Assembly (NCBI GenBank): GCA_050084515.1
Contig: CM114271.1
Location: 19,406,001 to 19,470,000, forward strand
DNA: 64,000 bases
Reading direction: 5' to 3'
Source: Blasia pusilla
Taxonomy: Eukaryota
Shown here: positions 13,600 through 25,343 of the stretch, piece by piece
Layout: the number at the start of each line of letters is the position of its first letter
How positions within the stretch are numbered: the stretch's first letter is position 1
Notes under the pieces: generated by a model
Told to the model about the DNA's origin: nothing
Databases searched by the model: none
What the model saw: only the letters and a program-made list of their open reading frames with translations
Translations under genes and position numbers: made by a program

Positions 13600-15084
13600 C
13601 ATGATGGAGACTTGGGAGCCTGTAATAGGTCTCAAGTTGATAGGAGGAGAGCGACGGCGAGTTCATAGGTTTTTGAGAGGGCATGTCAGTTGTTTTGCCT
13701 TTAGTATGAGAGACTTGGGTACGCTGAAGGGTCTCGGGATACGAATTGAGTTGGCTAGTGATTCGCCAATCTTTCGTCGACCCTTACAGGTATTCTGATA
13801 TAGAGCGAGCCTTGATTCAGAGCAAGAGTCAAGACTTGTTGGAGGCAGGACTTGTGGAGTTATCACATGGGGAATATGCATCTGCCACAATCATGCCGAA
13901 AAAGAAGGATATGTATGGCAATTGGATGGATAGGCGGATGTGTGGAGATTACCATCCAATCAACCGACCAACGAGGTCAAATCGGTAGGCCATGCCGACT
14001 CATGAAGAGATCTTTGATGGGGTTGGGCATGCAAAGATCTTCAGTACTTTAGATCTCCGTGTTGGCTATCATCAACTTCCTATCAGGTTGGAGGACAAGG
14101 AGAAGACAACATTCTGGGGGATAGATCAATTTGGGAGAGATTGCTTGTATCAGTGGCGGTTCTTACCATTTGGGTTGAAGAACACGCCTGCGGAGTTTCA
14201 GAGAGTGATGGATAGGATTTTGGCTGGCTTGGATTTTGTATGATGTTACATACATGATATTCTTATCTTCAGTTCCATGGTTGAGGAGCATGAGCGACAC
14301 CTGGAAGAGGTGTTTCAGCGATTGCAGTTACATAGACTGAAGTTACATCAAGGCAAGAGCACATTCTTTCAAGAGCAGATTGAGTACTTGGGACACACCA
14401 TATACCTGAGTGGGTTAGGTGTTCAGTAGACAAAAGTCGATGCTATTGCGCAGATTCCACGCCCTACAGATGTGATTCGAGTCCGAGCGTTTCTTGGACT
14501 AGTGAACTTCTATCGACGGTATGTAAAGGGTTTTAGTGCGATCGCAAAGTCTTTGACCTTATTGAGGAGACTTGATCAGGTTTGGTTGTGGGGAGATGAT
14601 CAGGAGCGAGCATTTTAGGAGCTCAAGGATAGGTTGACGTCCTTACCCATTTTACAGAGACCATTACCCATTCCAATTACATACGGATTGGAGCATGTTG
14701 GGTCTAGGAGCAGTGCTTACTCAGAGGGATGACGAGGAGAGGAAGTTTGTTGTGGCTTACGCAAGCCGATTGAACAACATTGTAGAGGCAAAATACAACT
14801 CTTACAAGGGAGAGTGCTTGGCTATAGTGTGGGCCATGGCACATTTGATGTGTTATTTATTCGACAACCCTTTCACACTTATCATTGATCATCAACCGTT
14901 GAGGTGGTTGATGGAGTCCGACAAGCTTACAAGAAAGCTTGCCATGTGGGATCTATTACTACAGGAGTATGAGTTTGAGGTGGTTCATAGACAAGGTAGG
15001 CTGAGCCAGGCTGCGGATGGGTTTAGTCGTAACCCATGTCCGATTCAGAGAGACAACAGAGGAGCTCGATGGTACGGAGAGAGT
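13600..15084 (+). pseudogene. Ty3/Gypsy reverse transcriptase and RNase H of element A
   Basis: RRMCGDYHPIN, FSTLDLRVGYHQ, LPFGLKNTPAEFQRVMD, CYIHD (decayed YIDD). RNase H: TDWSMLGLGAVLTQ, VAYASR, ECLAIVWA, IDHQPLRWL. Confidence 0.95.
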
Positions 15085-15212
15085 TGTCGTGCGCATACAC
15101 ATCGCTACACAACATACATCGCTGTCACCGAACACACACACAAACACGCATGATCCCATGCTAACTCATGGCATCCAAACAACGAGACAAGAAGAACCAA
15201 AATATCTCCAAT
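15085..15212 (-). repeat. Element B repeat B2 (outer 3' end)
   Basis: Near-identical to 15728-15861, differing by (CA)n length and one substitution. Confidence 0.95.
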
Positions 15213-15725
15213 AAAGTAAGATCCAATCTCTCTCTCCACCATCTCACACCATAGCTCTCAAAGGTGTGCACTCTCTCTCATGTCAAACCAAACCCACTCT
15301 CCTAATGAGAGGCTTGGGTTACACTCACAAGGCAAGGTACCATAGCTCCGCCGCCTCATGCCAAGAGGTTCAACAAAGAGAGAATGAGCTCTCAAGCTCT
15401 CTATCCTTGAGGTATACCCCTCTCCTCTCCCAAGCTCTCTTCATGGTAACCTATTCTCCCAAGTCACCTCCTTGGCTCTTGACCTAATGTAGGAGGTCAA
15501 GGGCCACTTACCAAAAATAGTAAGTCGATCATATATTCAAAATGATACTTACCTAAAATAGTAAGTTACTCAATATGGTTCCAAATGAGCCGAAACGAAG
15601 GGGAAACCTGCTATCTCAGGTTTCCAAAGGCCTCAGCACGTCACCCTTGACCTACTGGGCATGTCCTCCACTACTCATGAAGGCGCTCTATTAGATCCCA
15701 CCGATCTATCCTAAAAGACGTGACA
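15212..15725 (-). repeat. Element B repeat A2
   Basis: Direct repeat of 24818-25339. A manual count gives about 14 substitutions, mostly transitions, plus a (CT)n length change. Confidence 0.95.
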
Positions 15726-15727
15726 GT

Positions 15728-15861
15728 TGTCGTGCGCATACACATCGCTACACAACATACATCGCTGTCACCGAACACACACACACACACAAACACGCAT
15801 GATCCCATGCTAACTCATGGCATCCAATCAACGAGACAAGAAGAACCAAAATATCTCCAAT
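15728..15861 (-). repeat. Element B repeat B1 (internal copy of the 3' terminus)
   Basis: Copy of 15085-15212, separated from A2 by 2 bp (+ strand gtgaca-GT-tgtcgtg at 15720-15734). Confidence 0.95.
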
Positions 15862-16039
15862 CGCCCCCCTAGCTGGTGGTTAGGTCCCTCTAACTCCAGA
15901 TAGCCATCTATCCCTACCTGCCATGACATACATCTCTCGGACGCTAAGAGCAAGAAGGCCGGGTGATCATGTGGCCCCATTGTTAGTCACCTCCTTGTCA
16001 TCCATGTCATAGACACAAGTCGGAATGTAGAACTACCTT

Positions 16040-17300
16040 TTATGTACATCTAGGACACATCCATCATCCCTGAAGAACCCTAGTGAGAGGTGGCGTCAAA
16101 CATGCCATATGCCATCCTCTCGAACACCCATCACAGACTAGTATCGTGGCCGCACCACAGGCAAAACCACACAACATACAACGCAAGCCTGCAGGAACTA
16201 CTACTAAGCTCGGATCTACTGTACCATCAATGTTAGGAAGGTGACATGGCGCACAATTACGCACATGGTCCTTCCATACCATACCATCGCGTCCCTCCAG
16301 CAAGAGAACACCCGATGGCAAAATGTCACGCACTCTCAGGATAGTGCGCCCTGCAGTCACATCCAACGTCGTCGGTGTTGTCTGCTGCAAATAGACATAA
16401 TCTCCCTGATGAAATCTCCGGATAGTTGGTCGATAACCACCACCTCGAATAGTCGTATACCTCAACGTATCCCGATGTTGTGCAATCGCCAAGTTCTCGA
16501 ACGCCATGGGCATCACTCTCGAAATAACTCACCCTCGAGAACATGCTCGCACCCATACATCCGGGTCATCAAGGTTCAGCACCTCACCAAAGATCTCGAC
16601 GAATGGCCGCAGGTAAATCGGCTCTCGCCATAAAGTAGCAAGTACGGTGAAAAAGACGCTAAGGATGCTCTCTGAATTGACCAGATCCCATCGCCAACCA
16701 TGGCAATCGGAGGTCCCAATCTCTAGGTGACCTCTTGCAAGCCATACTTGCGTAAACCCCTCTTCACCGTCTGCACGACTCTCTCCGCTAATCCATCCGC
16801 CTCAGGATGATCTCGCGAAGTTGTGCGGTGGTTGATCAGCGCCTGATCACACAAGGCCTGGAACTCACCGCGAAACTCGGTACCCTGGTCTGTCAACACC
16901 TCAGCTGGTGCGCCATAATGACTCAACACTCTGTCAAGGAAGGCATAAGCTACTCCCTCACTTGCTTTGTCAGGCAATGCAACCAACTCGATCCACTTCG
17001 AGAAGTGCTCGACCATCACCAACACATAACAACTGTGACACTCCGTCAAGGGCAAAGGTCCTGCAAAATCCAAACTCCATCTATACCCTAAGCCCATGAT
17101 CGGTAATGGATGCAACTTTGGAGTCGGAGCATTGAACGATGCTCGGACCCGATCACACACCATGCACCTGGCAACAAACTGCTGAACGTCAGTCTGCATG
17201 CCTCGCCACCAATACTGAATCTGGAGCAAGCTATACGTCCGCTTCACCCCAAAGTGACCCAACTCCTCGTGGGCATCGCACTAGTCGTGCTCTCTGCAAA
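16040..17300 (-). pseudogene. DDE integrase with C-terminal PHD finger, element B
   Basis: HHCC (HEELGHFG...CMVC), WSLDFAGP, VLTDQGTEF, HPEADGLAERVV. Then a C4HC3 pattern CMLC...VCDGCSRGWHMACLTPPL...WMCPRC, ending at the TAA at 16040. Confidence 0.93.
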
Positions 17301-17599
17301 GGATGCGGCACTACGCGCACTCGCCATCCTCCCAAACCCTCAAAACATGTGTCCCCTCCCAACGGAACCGTCGGCCCATTTGAGAGGATCCGATCCCGCT
17401 CTCTAGCATCCATGGTGCTCGCAAGGCTGCCAGTACAAAGGTACTCTAAGACTACTCCATCATCATGAATATCTCGGCCACTTGTCGTATCCTCACTGGC
17501 TTCGGGATCTAAAGACTCTCCACTAGACCTCGCCATCAAAGTCTCCACACTCTGGCTCTCCATAGCCAACATGCCTAAATAGGGTCGACGCGTGCCATC

Positions 17600-19087
17600 C
17601 TGGCACCGACTCCTCATCACTCTCTCCATGCCATCGAGCTCCAGTCGCATCTCGCTGACTCGGGCATGGGTTACGACTCAACCCATCTGCATCCTGGTTG
17701 AGCGTTCCAGGTCTATGTACCACCTGAAAATCATACTCCTGCAACAACAGAGCCCATCTCGCAAGCTTCCCTGTAAGCTTGTCGGACTCCATCAACCACT
17801 TCGGTGGTTGATGATCGATGATGATGGTAAAGGGGTTGCCGAATAAGTAACACCTGAAATGCACGATGACCACACCGCAGCCCAAGCACTCACCCTCATA
17901 CGAGCCGCATTTGCCTCTGCAGCGTTGTTCGAGCGGCAAGCGTAAGCCACCACAAACTCTCACCTCATAATCATGTTGGGTGAGCACCGCCCAAGCCCCA
18001 ACATGCTCCAATGCGGTGCAATTGGAAAGGACGCCCGATCGGTCTCCTCAAGATGGGTGCGGACGTCAACTCGCCCTGAGCAATCTGAAATGCTCGCTCC
18101 CGCTCATCCCCAGTGCCACTCGTGATCCACCTTGGTGAGCAAGGTCACCGCTTTTAATCGAATCGAATCCCTTGACGATCGCCGATAGAAGTTCGCCAAT
18201 CCCATGAATGCGCCGAACACGACTCACATCGAGGGCGTGGAATGCGTGAGATAGCCTCTACCTTTGTCTCCTTTGAACACCAAGGCCCCGGGTATATCGT
18301 ATGATCCAAGTACTCAATCTGGTCGTAGAAGAACTTGCACTTGCCTGGATGTAGCTTCAGCCCATGTAATTGCAATCGTCAAAACACCTCCTCTAGATGT
18401 TGCTCATGCTCCTCAACCGTGGCGCTAAAGACTACGATGTCATCAATATAACACCTAGCAAAATCCAGACCAGCCAAGATCCTATCCATGACCCTCTAAA
18501 ACTCAGCCGGGGCATTCTTTAACCCAAATGGTAAGAACCGCCACTGGTACAAACAATCCTTCCCATGAGGATCGATGCCCCAAAATGCCGTCTTCTTTTG
18601 TCCTCCAACTGATAGGCAAGCGATGGTATCCACTCATAAATCAATGAATCAAGACCTTTGCGTGACCAATCGCATCAAAGATCTCCTCAGGGGTGGGCAT
18701 GGCATACCTATCGGACTTCGTCTGCCGATTGATAGGTCGGTAATCCCCACACATCCGCCTATCCGTCCAGTTGCCATGCACATCCTTCTTGGCGGGCATG
18801 ACAGTGGCAGATGCATACTCCCCATGCGACATCTCCACTAGTCCTGCTCTGACCAAGTCTTGGCTCCTACTATGAATCAGAGCCCTCTCCATATCACTGT
18901 ACCTGTAGGGTCTTCGGAAGATCGGCATATCACTCGACAACTCAATGCGGATCCCCGGTCCCTTCAGCGTACCCAAATCCTCCATGCTAAACGCAAAGCA
19001 GCTCCTATAACTCCTGAGGAACTGATGTATTCGGCGCCGCTCTCCTCCTGTCAACTTAGGGCCCATATCTGGCTCCCAAGTCTCCAT
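17600..19087 (-). pseudogene. Reverse transcriptase and RNase H, element B (frameshifted)
   Basis: RRMCGDYRPIN, YAMPTPEEIFD, LPFGLKNAPAEF, RCYIDDIVVF (about 18430-18455), IDHQPPKWL, GKLARWALLLQEYDF. Confidence 0.93.
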
Positions 19088-19409
19088 CGTGACTACAGTA
19101 GGACTCTCCGGCGCGGGTATCGGTGGTTGCTATGGTGCAACCCCATCTCGGCCGCTCTCCTGCAGCCAACTGCAAACTCTGATCTCCTCCACGTGCAGTG
19201 CCCGAAACCACGCACGATGTTGTGGCTATCATCTCCTTGCGTACCTTCAAAACATTCCAAGAAGTCCAAGGGTGTCTCTCCCGATCTCCCCTGGTGCGTA
19301 GATCTCCTCGGGTCTCGCTTGACCCACGCCTCCACCGTCTCGGTAGGCATGGGGCTCACCAACGCAACCGCTGTGATCTGTCGCGATCTCATACAACGCT
19401 GCTCAGCCA

Positions 19410-20370
19410 CTCCCAAGCTGAGGATCCATGTCAAGCTGTTCAAGTCCATCGCCTGACCCAAGACATGGCGCCGTGATGCCTCTAACATTGATGGTATTGC
19501 CGTCACTCCTGTGGGAAATCCCATCGCTCGCTCTCTCTCGTCGGCGTTGGGCTCCACCAACCGCTGAACCTGGTCATCCCAAACCAAGCCAGGACCGGCC
19601 TCCTTGTATGCATAGGAAGCGGAAAACTCACAACGTGGGCAAGGCGCCGCGGCCTCGCTACCTGTTGACCACGATCGGCGGTGGTCGATCATCGTGCCTC
19701 ACCGCCTCGATCGCGACCTGGATCGAGAATGGAATCCACTAACAAAGGGAGGGCGCTCCACTCTGATACGCCCTCCATAACACCGCATGGGGCACCAAGT
19801 TGGTCCACCATAGACGCGGGCGATGGGCTCTAGAACCTACACTCGCCGCATCCAAGAACACTGCTGGGCCGATCAGCACGCACTTTTTGATGAGCACTCG
19901 TCACGACTCGTGACTCGAGTCTCTAAGATCGGCACATTCTCTAGAATGTAGGTGGAGAACGAGGCCGGGTGCTCCTGAATCGCCGTAAGACCCTCAACAT
20001 CTCCCAAAACAACCTGGGAGTGTCAGCCAACCCGCTGCCTCGTCCATCACTCGATTGGCCCTAACATGGCCAACCGCAATGACCAAATCAATGGTCCCTA
20101 CCGCTCTAAGTCTTGCGCCCAACAACAAAATATCCTCGGTGAGGGAACTCTGGTACTCAGATCGCGGACCTTGCACAATAAGTCGGGAAAACGAGGGCGT
20201 AATTGCGCCCATGTCGTCGAGTGAGACGCGCCTTGCAACATCATCACTCTCCACATACAAATGGCCAGACTCGCACTCCTGCCTGCAAAAAAAGCCTAAC
20301 CCGGTGCTAATCCTCCAAAGAGATCTAACACTCGAATACCCTCCTCCGGGGTACACCACACAATGGGTGT
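19410..20370 (-). pseudogene. C5 cytosine DNA methyltransferase domain, element B (frameshifted)
   Basis: GIRVLDLFGG-ISTGL, LYVESD, IDLVIA-GWPC*G, LFWEML, TYILENVP (intact ENV), GSRAHRPRLWWTN (intact RxR), ERERAMGFP, RRHVLGQAMD. Confidence 0.9.
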
Positions 20371-20719
20371 AGTATCCAAGGGTGTCATCATAGCACTCCC
20401 CGCTACCTTGGGTTCCTCAGACCCGTCACGCTTTGGTGCAAACGCCTCGCTCCACGCGATGCCTGCGACGCAAGATCGCCAATCGTTGAAGCTCCTCAAT
20501 CGAGCCCCACAGCGACACCTCTCCTCCACGGAATGATGCAGCTACCATAACACTCCTCTCCTTTTAAATGTCAGGAACATGAGTATCCTCTGCATGGACA
20601 TGTCCCTCAATCAAATCACTAGGCCAAGTGATGGCACTGCTAAATCCGCTAAGGTCGCCATCTCTCTGGCCGCGTTTTCGATCATCGCACTGTGAATCGA
20701 GCGGGTAATGAGCTAAGGC

Positions 20720-21100
20720 GCCCATCACCGATCGCCATCTGGTGCAGCAGGGGCCGACTCCTCCCAAGTAATCAGGAAAACCCCATCGGGTATAACACGC
20801 TCCACCAACCAAGACGTCGTAGGACTCAAGATCGTCACTATCGCCTTGGCGCGCACCACGGACTCATATGTGGGATGTCCCGGGCAAATCCTCACCACGA
20901 CCTCTTGTCGGATGATATACTGTGTGGTACTCGCTCCATCCAAGGATGTCTGTATCCGAAATGGACAACACTCCACATCGGCTCCCGTCAAGCCCAATCC
21001 TCTGAATGACGCTTTCCCCAACATCAAGGGTTGCGCTCCTGAATCCAACAAGACGCGCTACGGACTAAAAGCTCTACCTCCAGGACTCACCAACTGGAAG
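20720..21100 (-). pseudogene. Retroviral-type aspartic protease, element B
   Basis: LLDSGAQPLMLG contains the D-S-G active site. The position is between gag and DNMT. Confidence 0.85.
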
Positions 21101-21989
21101 ACCTCTCCTCGGTTATCCAGCAACACAACACCAGGAGAAGCCATGGCACGCTCTATCGCGGGTCTAGCGGGCATCTCCGCCATCCTAGCGACCCGCACCG
21201 CCATGAATCGACGTGGGCGGCCCGAGCATCCGCCAGGCGGGTCCATCACTTCCTCTGCAATCACCTCTGAACGTGATGCAGGAACTCCAACTCTGCGCTC
21301 ACATAGTGAAGCGGCCAGCCGAAAAGCCTCGGCAGGCGTACCTCCCAACGTCACAACATCGGAAGCAGAAAATAAAGGAGTGCGGTACACAACGGTGGCC
21401 GCCCCCAACAACGTGCTCGACACATGCCCCTCCTGAGCATTGACAATAGGAGTCGTCGCACTAGCTTCTCCCATCGCCCTCCATGCTTGCACACCAACAA
21501 CATTACCAACTCTCCAGGAACTTTGATGAGGGCCCATCGATGGGGTCCTCATCGCTTCGGACAACGTGAAAGATTGAGGAAGCCTAGTCTGTCTACTGGC
21601 TTCCCCTCGCTGTGGATCCAACTCTGTGGCTGCTCCACGCATCACAACTACGGCGGCCTCCATCTGGGCAACCCCGCACATCCATCCAAGATCCTCCAGA
21701 TTTCTGGCTGCTCCATATGATGTCGATGCCACGGATCCGGCATCGGGTAACCTCAATGTCATAGCGGCAATCTGCTCCAGTAGTGTTGTATCGAGCGACC
21801 ATCCCGCCCTCACGTCCGGCATCTCCTCGGCGCGTCTAGGTGGTGGTACTCTACCTCCTCCACGGCAGCTCCACCACCCTGCCGGGCAACTCCGGCTCCT
21901 CGCCCCCAACGGGACCACGAGCACGATCTCTAGGCCCACCCGGACCGGCTTTCGCTCTAGTGCCCCTCTCCGGCCCTCGGTCCAGGACG

Positions 21990-23030
21990 TAACTCAGGAT
22001 GTAAACTAAAACACCTGGCGCGTGTATGACCATACCCCGACAATAGTCACACGATAACCTCCTGGTGCAAAGCACCATCTCCTCCTCTATCTTTGAGGCA
22101 CACGTCCATGACCGACGAGTGCAATCGGCGATGATGGGCTCCACCACATGACCAACAAGTAATAGTAGGCGGCTGCTGTTGAGACGATATGAAAGCGCAG
22201 TCTCGTGGCACGGCCTCTCGGTATCCTCCTCGAGCTCGTGGTGCCCTGATGTCGACCTATCTCGAGTCACGTTGCCGCAGGTGGTGCAAACAATCGTAAT
22301 CGCTTGCTCTCGCCAGAACCCATGGTGGCTACGCCTCCTCCGCCATGTTGCGCTCAATGTTCTCGGCGGTCCTAAAACATCTCTCAATGTAGGGGAGGTG
22401 TTCAAAAGAAGCACCCCCTCCCGCACCCGTGTCCGCAGGTCCGGTCCAACATCGCATACCATGTTGGATAGCTGAGCCTCTGTCACCCCCCCGAGTGGCG
22501 TTGATCAACCGGCGCAAGCGAGTGTAAGCCTCACGCAAACTCTCACCCGAGCGCCCTCGGAAGTCGTGGATGCTCCGCAACTTCTCCGTCCGTACCCCTC
22601 GTAGCTCGCCCTCAACTCAGCAAGAAAGAACTCAACCACGAGGGTTGAACTGGGATGAACCCGACTAGACGGTGCAATGCTCCCGTCGGCGAGTGATCCC
22701 TCCTAAAACGTCACTAGTGGAAGAGGCGTAGCCTCTCCCGACTCCTCCTCCTCATCCGGGAACGGCTCCGCCCATGACACATAATATGGGTCATAGTAGA
22801 GCCTCCACGCCTCGATCTCACATGCATATCTCTCGAGAGAACTCATGGTAATCGCCCATGGGCCCCCTCTAAATCTTTGGAACATACCGTTCCATGTCAA
22901 ACGGGTTGAACTCTCTAGAGTTCTTGGCCCCTACCGGGAGTCGCACCAACTCCTAAACTCGCTATAAAATCGTGCAACTCAATCGTGCCCCGCACTGAAA
23001 ACCTACGCGGTCCTCTACCCGGTCGTCCAT
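21990..23030 (-). pseudogene. Gag with zinc knuckle(s), element B (frameshifted)
   Basis: LRSIHDF...GESLREAYTRLRRLI resembles a gag major homology region. CDYCRGYGHTRARC (CX2CX4HX4C) is restored by adding one G at about 22040. Homologous to 42448-43520. Confidence 0.75.
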
Positions 23031-24817
23031 CTCGTACGCCCAAGTGGTAGGACCACTCACAATGTGTGGCGATGTGCTCACAAACTCCTCTACACCCTCC
23101 CCCTTGTCTGACGATGACACAGAAGGAGGTCGAGATGGTCCCTCACGTGGAGACCCTCAAAACCTCGCGCCACTCCGCGTAAAACCTCTAGAGCTACTCT
23201 CGGGTTCACCACCTCGCCTCTCAAAGTCCCAAACAGACTCCGTGATGACCCTCGTGCCCCTCTCACCCAATCACTCTGAACCTCGTGAGGAATCCCTCAA
23301 TCACTCATCCCAAACATGCGGCACTCGATCTACACTCTCTCCCGAGGCGTGTAACGCGGCAACACGCGGCGTGGTGCGGCAAATCGACCAGGCTATCATC
23401 TCATCGACAACCTACCCTCAACTCCGGACATCCCACACAGGTCTATGTCCCCTAAACCACATACATAAATGATGCTCTCAGCATCCACACACCCAATATC
23501 CCCAAATAAATCCCAGAATCCCTCACACGTGCTGGGTAAAGGACCAGAATGGGTAACCTGAACACATGTCGATGTCGCTCCTCAGCAACTGCAAATATTG
23601 ACCCCAACTCGATCGTGGAGACAACTCCTCCAATCAGCAAGTCATACTCCTCCCGTACTGATGCTGCTCAAAACTCCTCGACTCCAGCGGAACAGTGTGG
23701 CGTTGCAGGCGGCACGAAACGGCTACGAACGGCACGGCCCTCGTTGGAGGGATGCGGCACTCGGCGGCATACCCTCCTCAATCAATAATAATCCCACACT
23801 CTGCTCCACAATGACGGTGCGACTCCGCGATCGAGATAGTGCGTTGCGGCCACGAGCGGCACGGCGCGGCAATCGGCGGCGCGGGTTACGGCGTCACGCA
23901 GACGATACTCGATCGTCGTCGAGCGGCTACCAATCACAACATAGCAGCATGAAATCAAAACTCAAACACCATAACCAGAGGTCATCTGCCTTCACTGGTT
24001 GATGAAGAAACTGCGATGACGGTGGTGGCCAAAACAAAGTACGTGGTGGCGACGCAAGTCAAGGAATCAACGAACATCATGGAAGACCCTCCACTCCGTA
24101 ATGGCGGCAATGGTACCCAAAGGGTGGACAATGGACGGTGGACCCTTGACAGTGATGGTTGACCACTGATGGTGACGGCCGACCGATGACGGTGACAGTT
24201 GACCGTCGACCGTTGACGGTGATTATGATGGCGACGGCCGCCGCCGGTGTGGCGGCTGATTTAGGGTTTGCACGATTTAACCCTAAAAATCGCCTAGCAA
24301 TGGCAGCCTTACAAGATTGCCCATAACTTTTTGCTCGCAACTCCAAATTGTGCACTATTTGTTGCACAGCGTGCACGGCTTCACGATCTACGCTACCATC
24401 AAAAAATATTTAGAATCAAAAATTTCAGTAAAAACTGACGGGGACTTTTATAAAGCCCAATGTCTCTTTCTCCTACACAAAATTTGGCAGCGCTCCCGCG
24501 CTGATTTCTCCCAACGAAAATGTAACATCTGTAAAAATACAAGTCAACAAGCTACATGGTGCTCCCGAGAGCACCAGCATGGGGCAACCCGCCCCCATAC
24601 TCAATCCCTATCAGAAATTGGGCAGCGCTTCCGCGCGCCACTCTTCCACACGAAAAATCGGCAAATGCAAAGAGTAATGAAAGCTGCCCTTGCTCTGGTG
24701 AGCACTCCCATGAGCCGCTGAACGGGGAACACGGTCCCCAACCTGCAAAAACAGCGAGTGACCAGCGAGCTCCCCCATGAAGCTCTCTCACTGTCTCATT
24801 CTCTCATTCTCTCTTTG

Positions 24818-25339
24818 TAAAGTAAGATCCAATCTCTCTCTCCATCATCTCACACCATAGCTCTCAAAGGTGTGCACTCTCTCTCATGTCAAACCAAACC
24901 CACTCTCCTAATGAGAGGCTTGGGTTACACTCACAAGGCAAGGTACCATAGCTCCGCCGCCTCATGCCAAGAGGTTCAACAAAGAGAGAATGAGCTCTCA
25001 AGCTCTCTCTCTCTCTCTCTTTGAGGTATACCCCTCTCCTCTCTCAAGCTCTCTCCATGGTAACCTATTCTCCCAAGTCACCTCCTTGGCTCTTGACCTG
25101 ATGTAGGAGGTCAAGGGCCACTTACCAAAAATAGTAAGTCGATCATATACTCAAAATGGTACTTACCTAAAATAGTAAGTTCTTCAATATGGCTCCAAAT
25201 GAGCCGAAACGAAGGAGAAACCTGCTATCTCAGGTTTCCAAGGGCCTCAGCACGTCACCCTCGACCTATTGGGCATGTCCTCCACTACTCATGAAGGCGC
25301 TCTATTAGATCCCACCGATCTATCCTAAAAGACGTGACA
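24818..25339 (-). repeat. Element B repeat A1 (5' end)
   Basis: Direct repeat of 15212-15725. It is not followed by a B repeat; the next element-sense sequence is caaagagagaatgag. Confidence 0.95.
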
Positions 25340-25343
25340 GAGT

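Larger units (their letters stand above)
15085..25339 (-). mobile_element. Element B: full-length (10.25 kb) DNMT/PHD-carrying Ty3/Gypsy-type retroelement with split direct repeats and 4-bp TSD GAGT
   Basis: Element-sense termini are TGTCACG (25339) and CACGACA (15085). It is flanked by GAGT at 15081-15084 and 25340-25343. Gag, PR, DNMT, RT, RH, INT and PHD lie in order on the minus strand, with many frameshifts. Confidence 0.95.

Noticed and set aside
15085-15861. Reading the left end of B as a normal LTR plus a chance partial duplication or solo-LTR insertion
   Set aside because: There is no TSD around the inner unit, the same layout recurs in element A, and both B and C lack the B repeat at the 5' end.
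20846-22009. Long plus-strand ORFs (e.g. 20846-21436, also 18860-19456)
   Set aside because: They are antisense shadows of B's GC-rich gag-pol, with no independent motifs.
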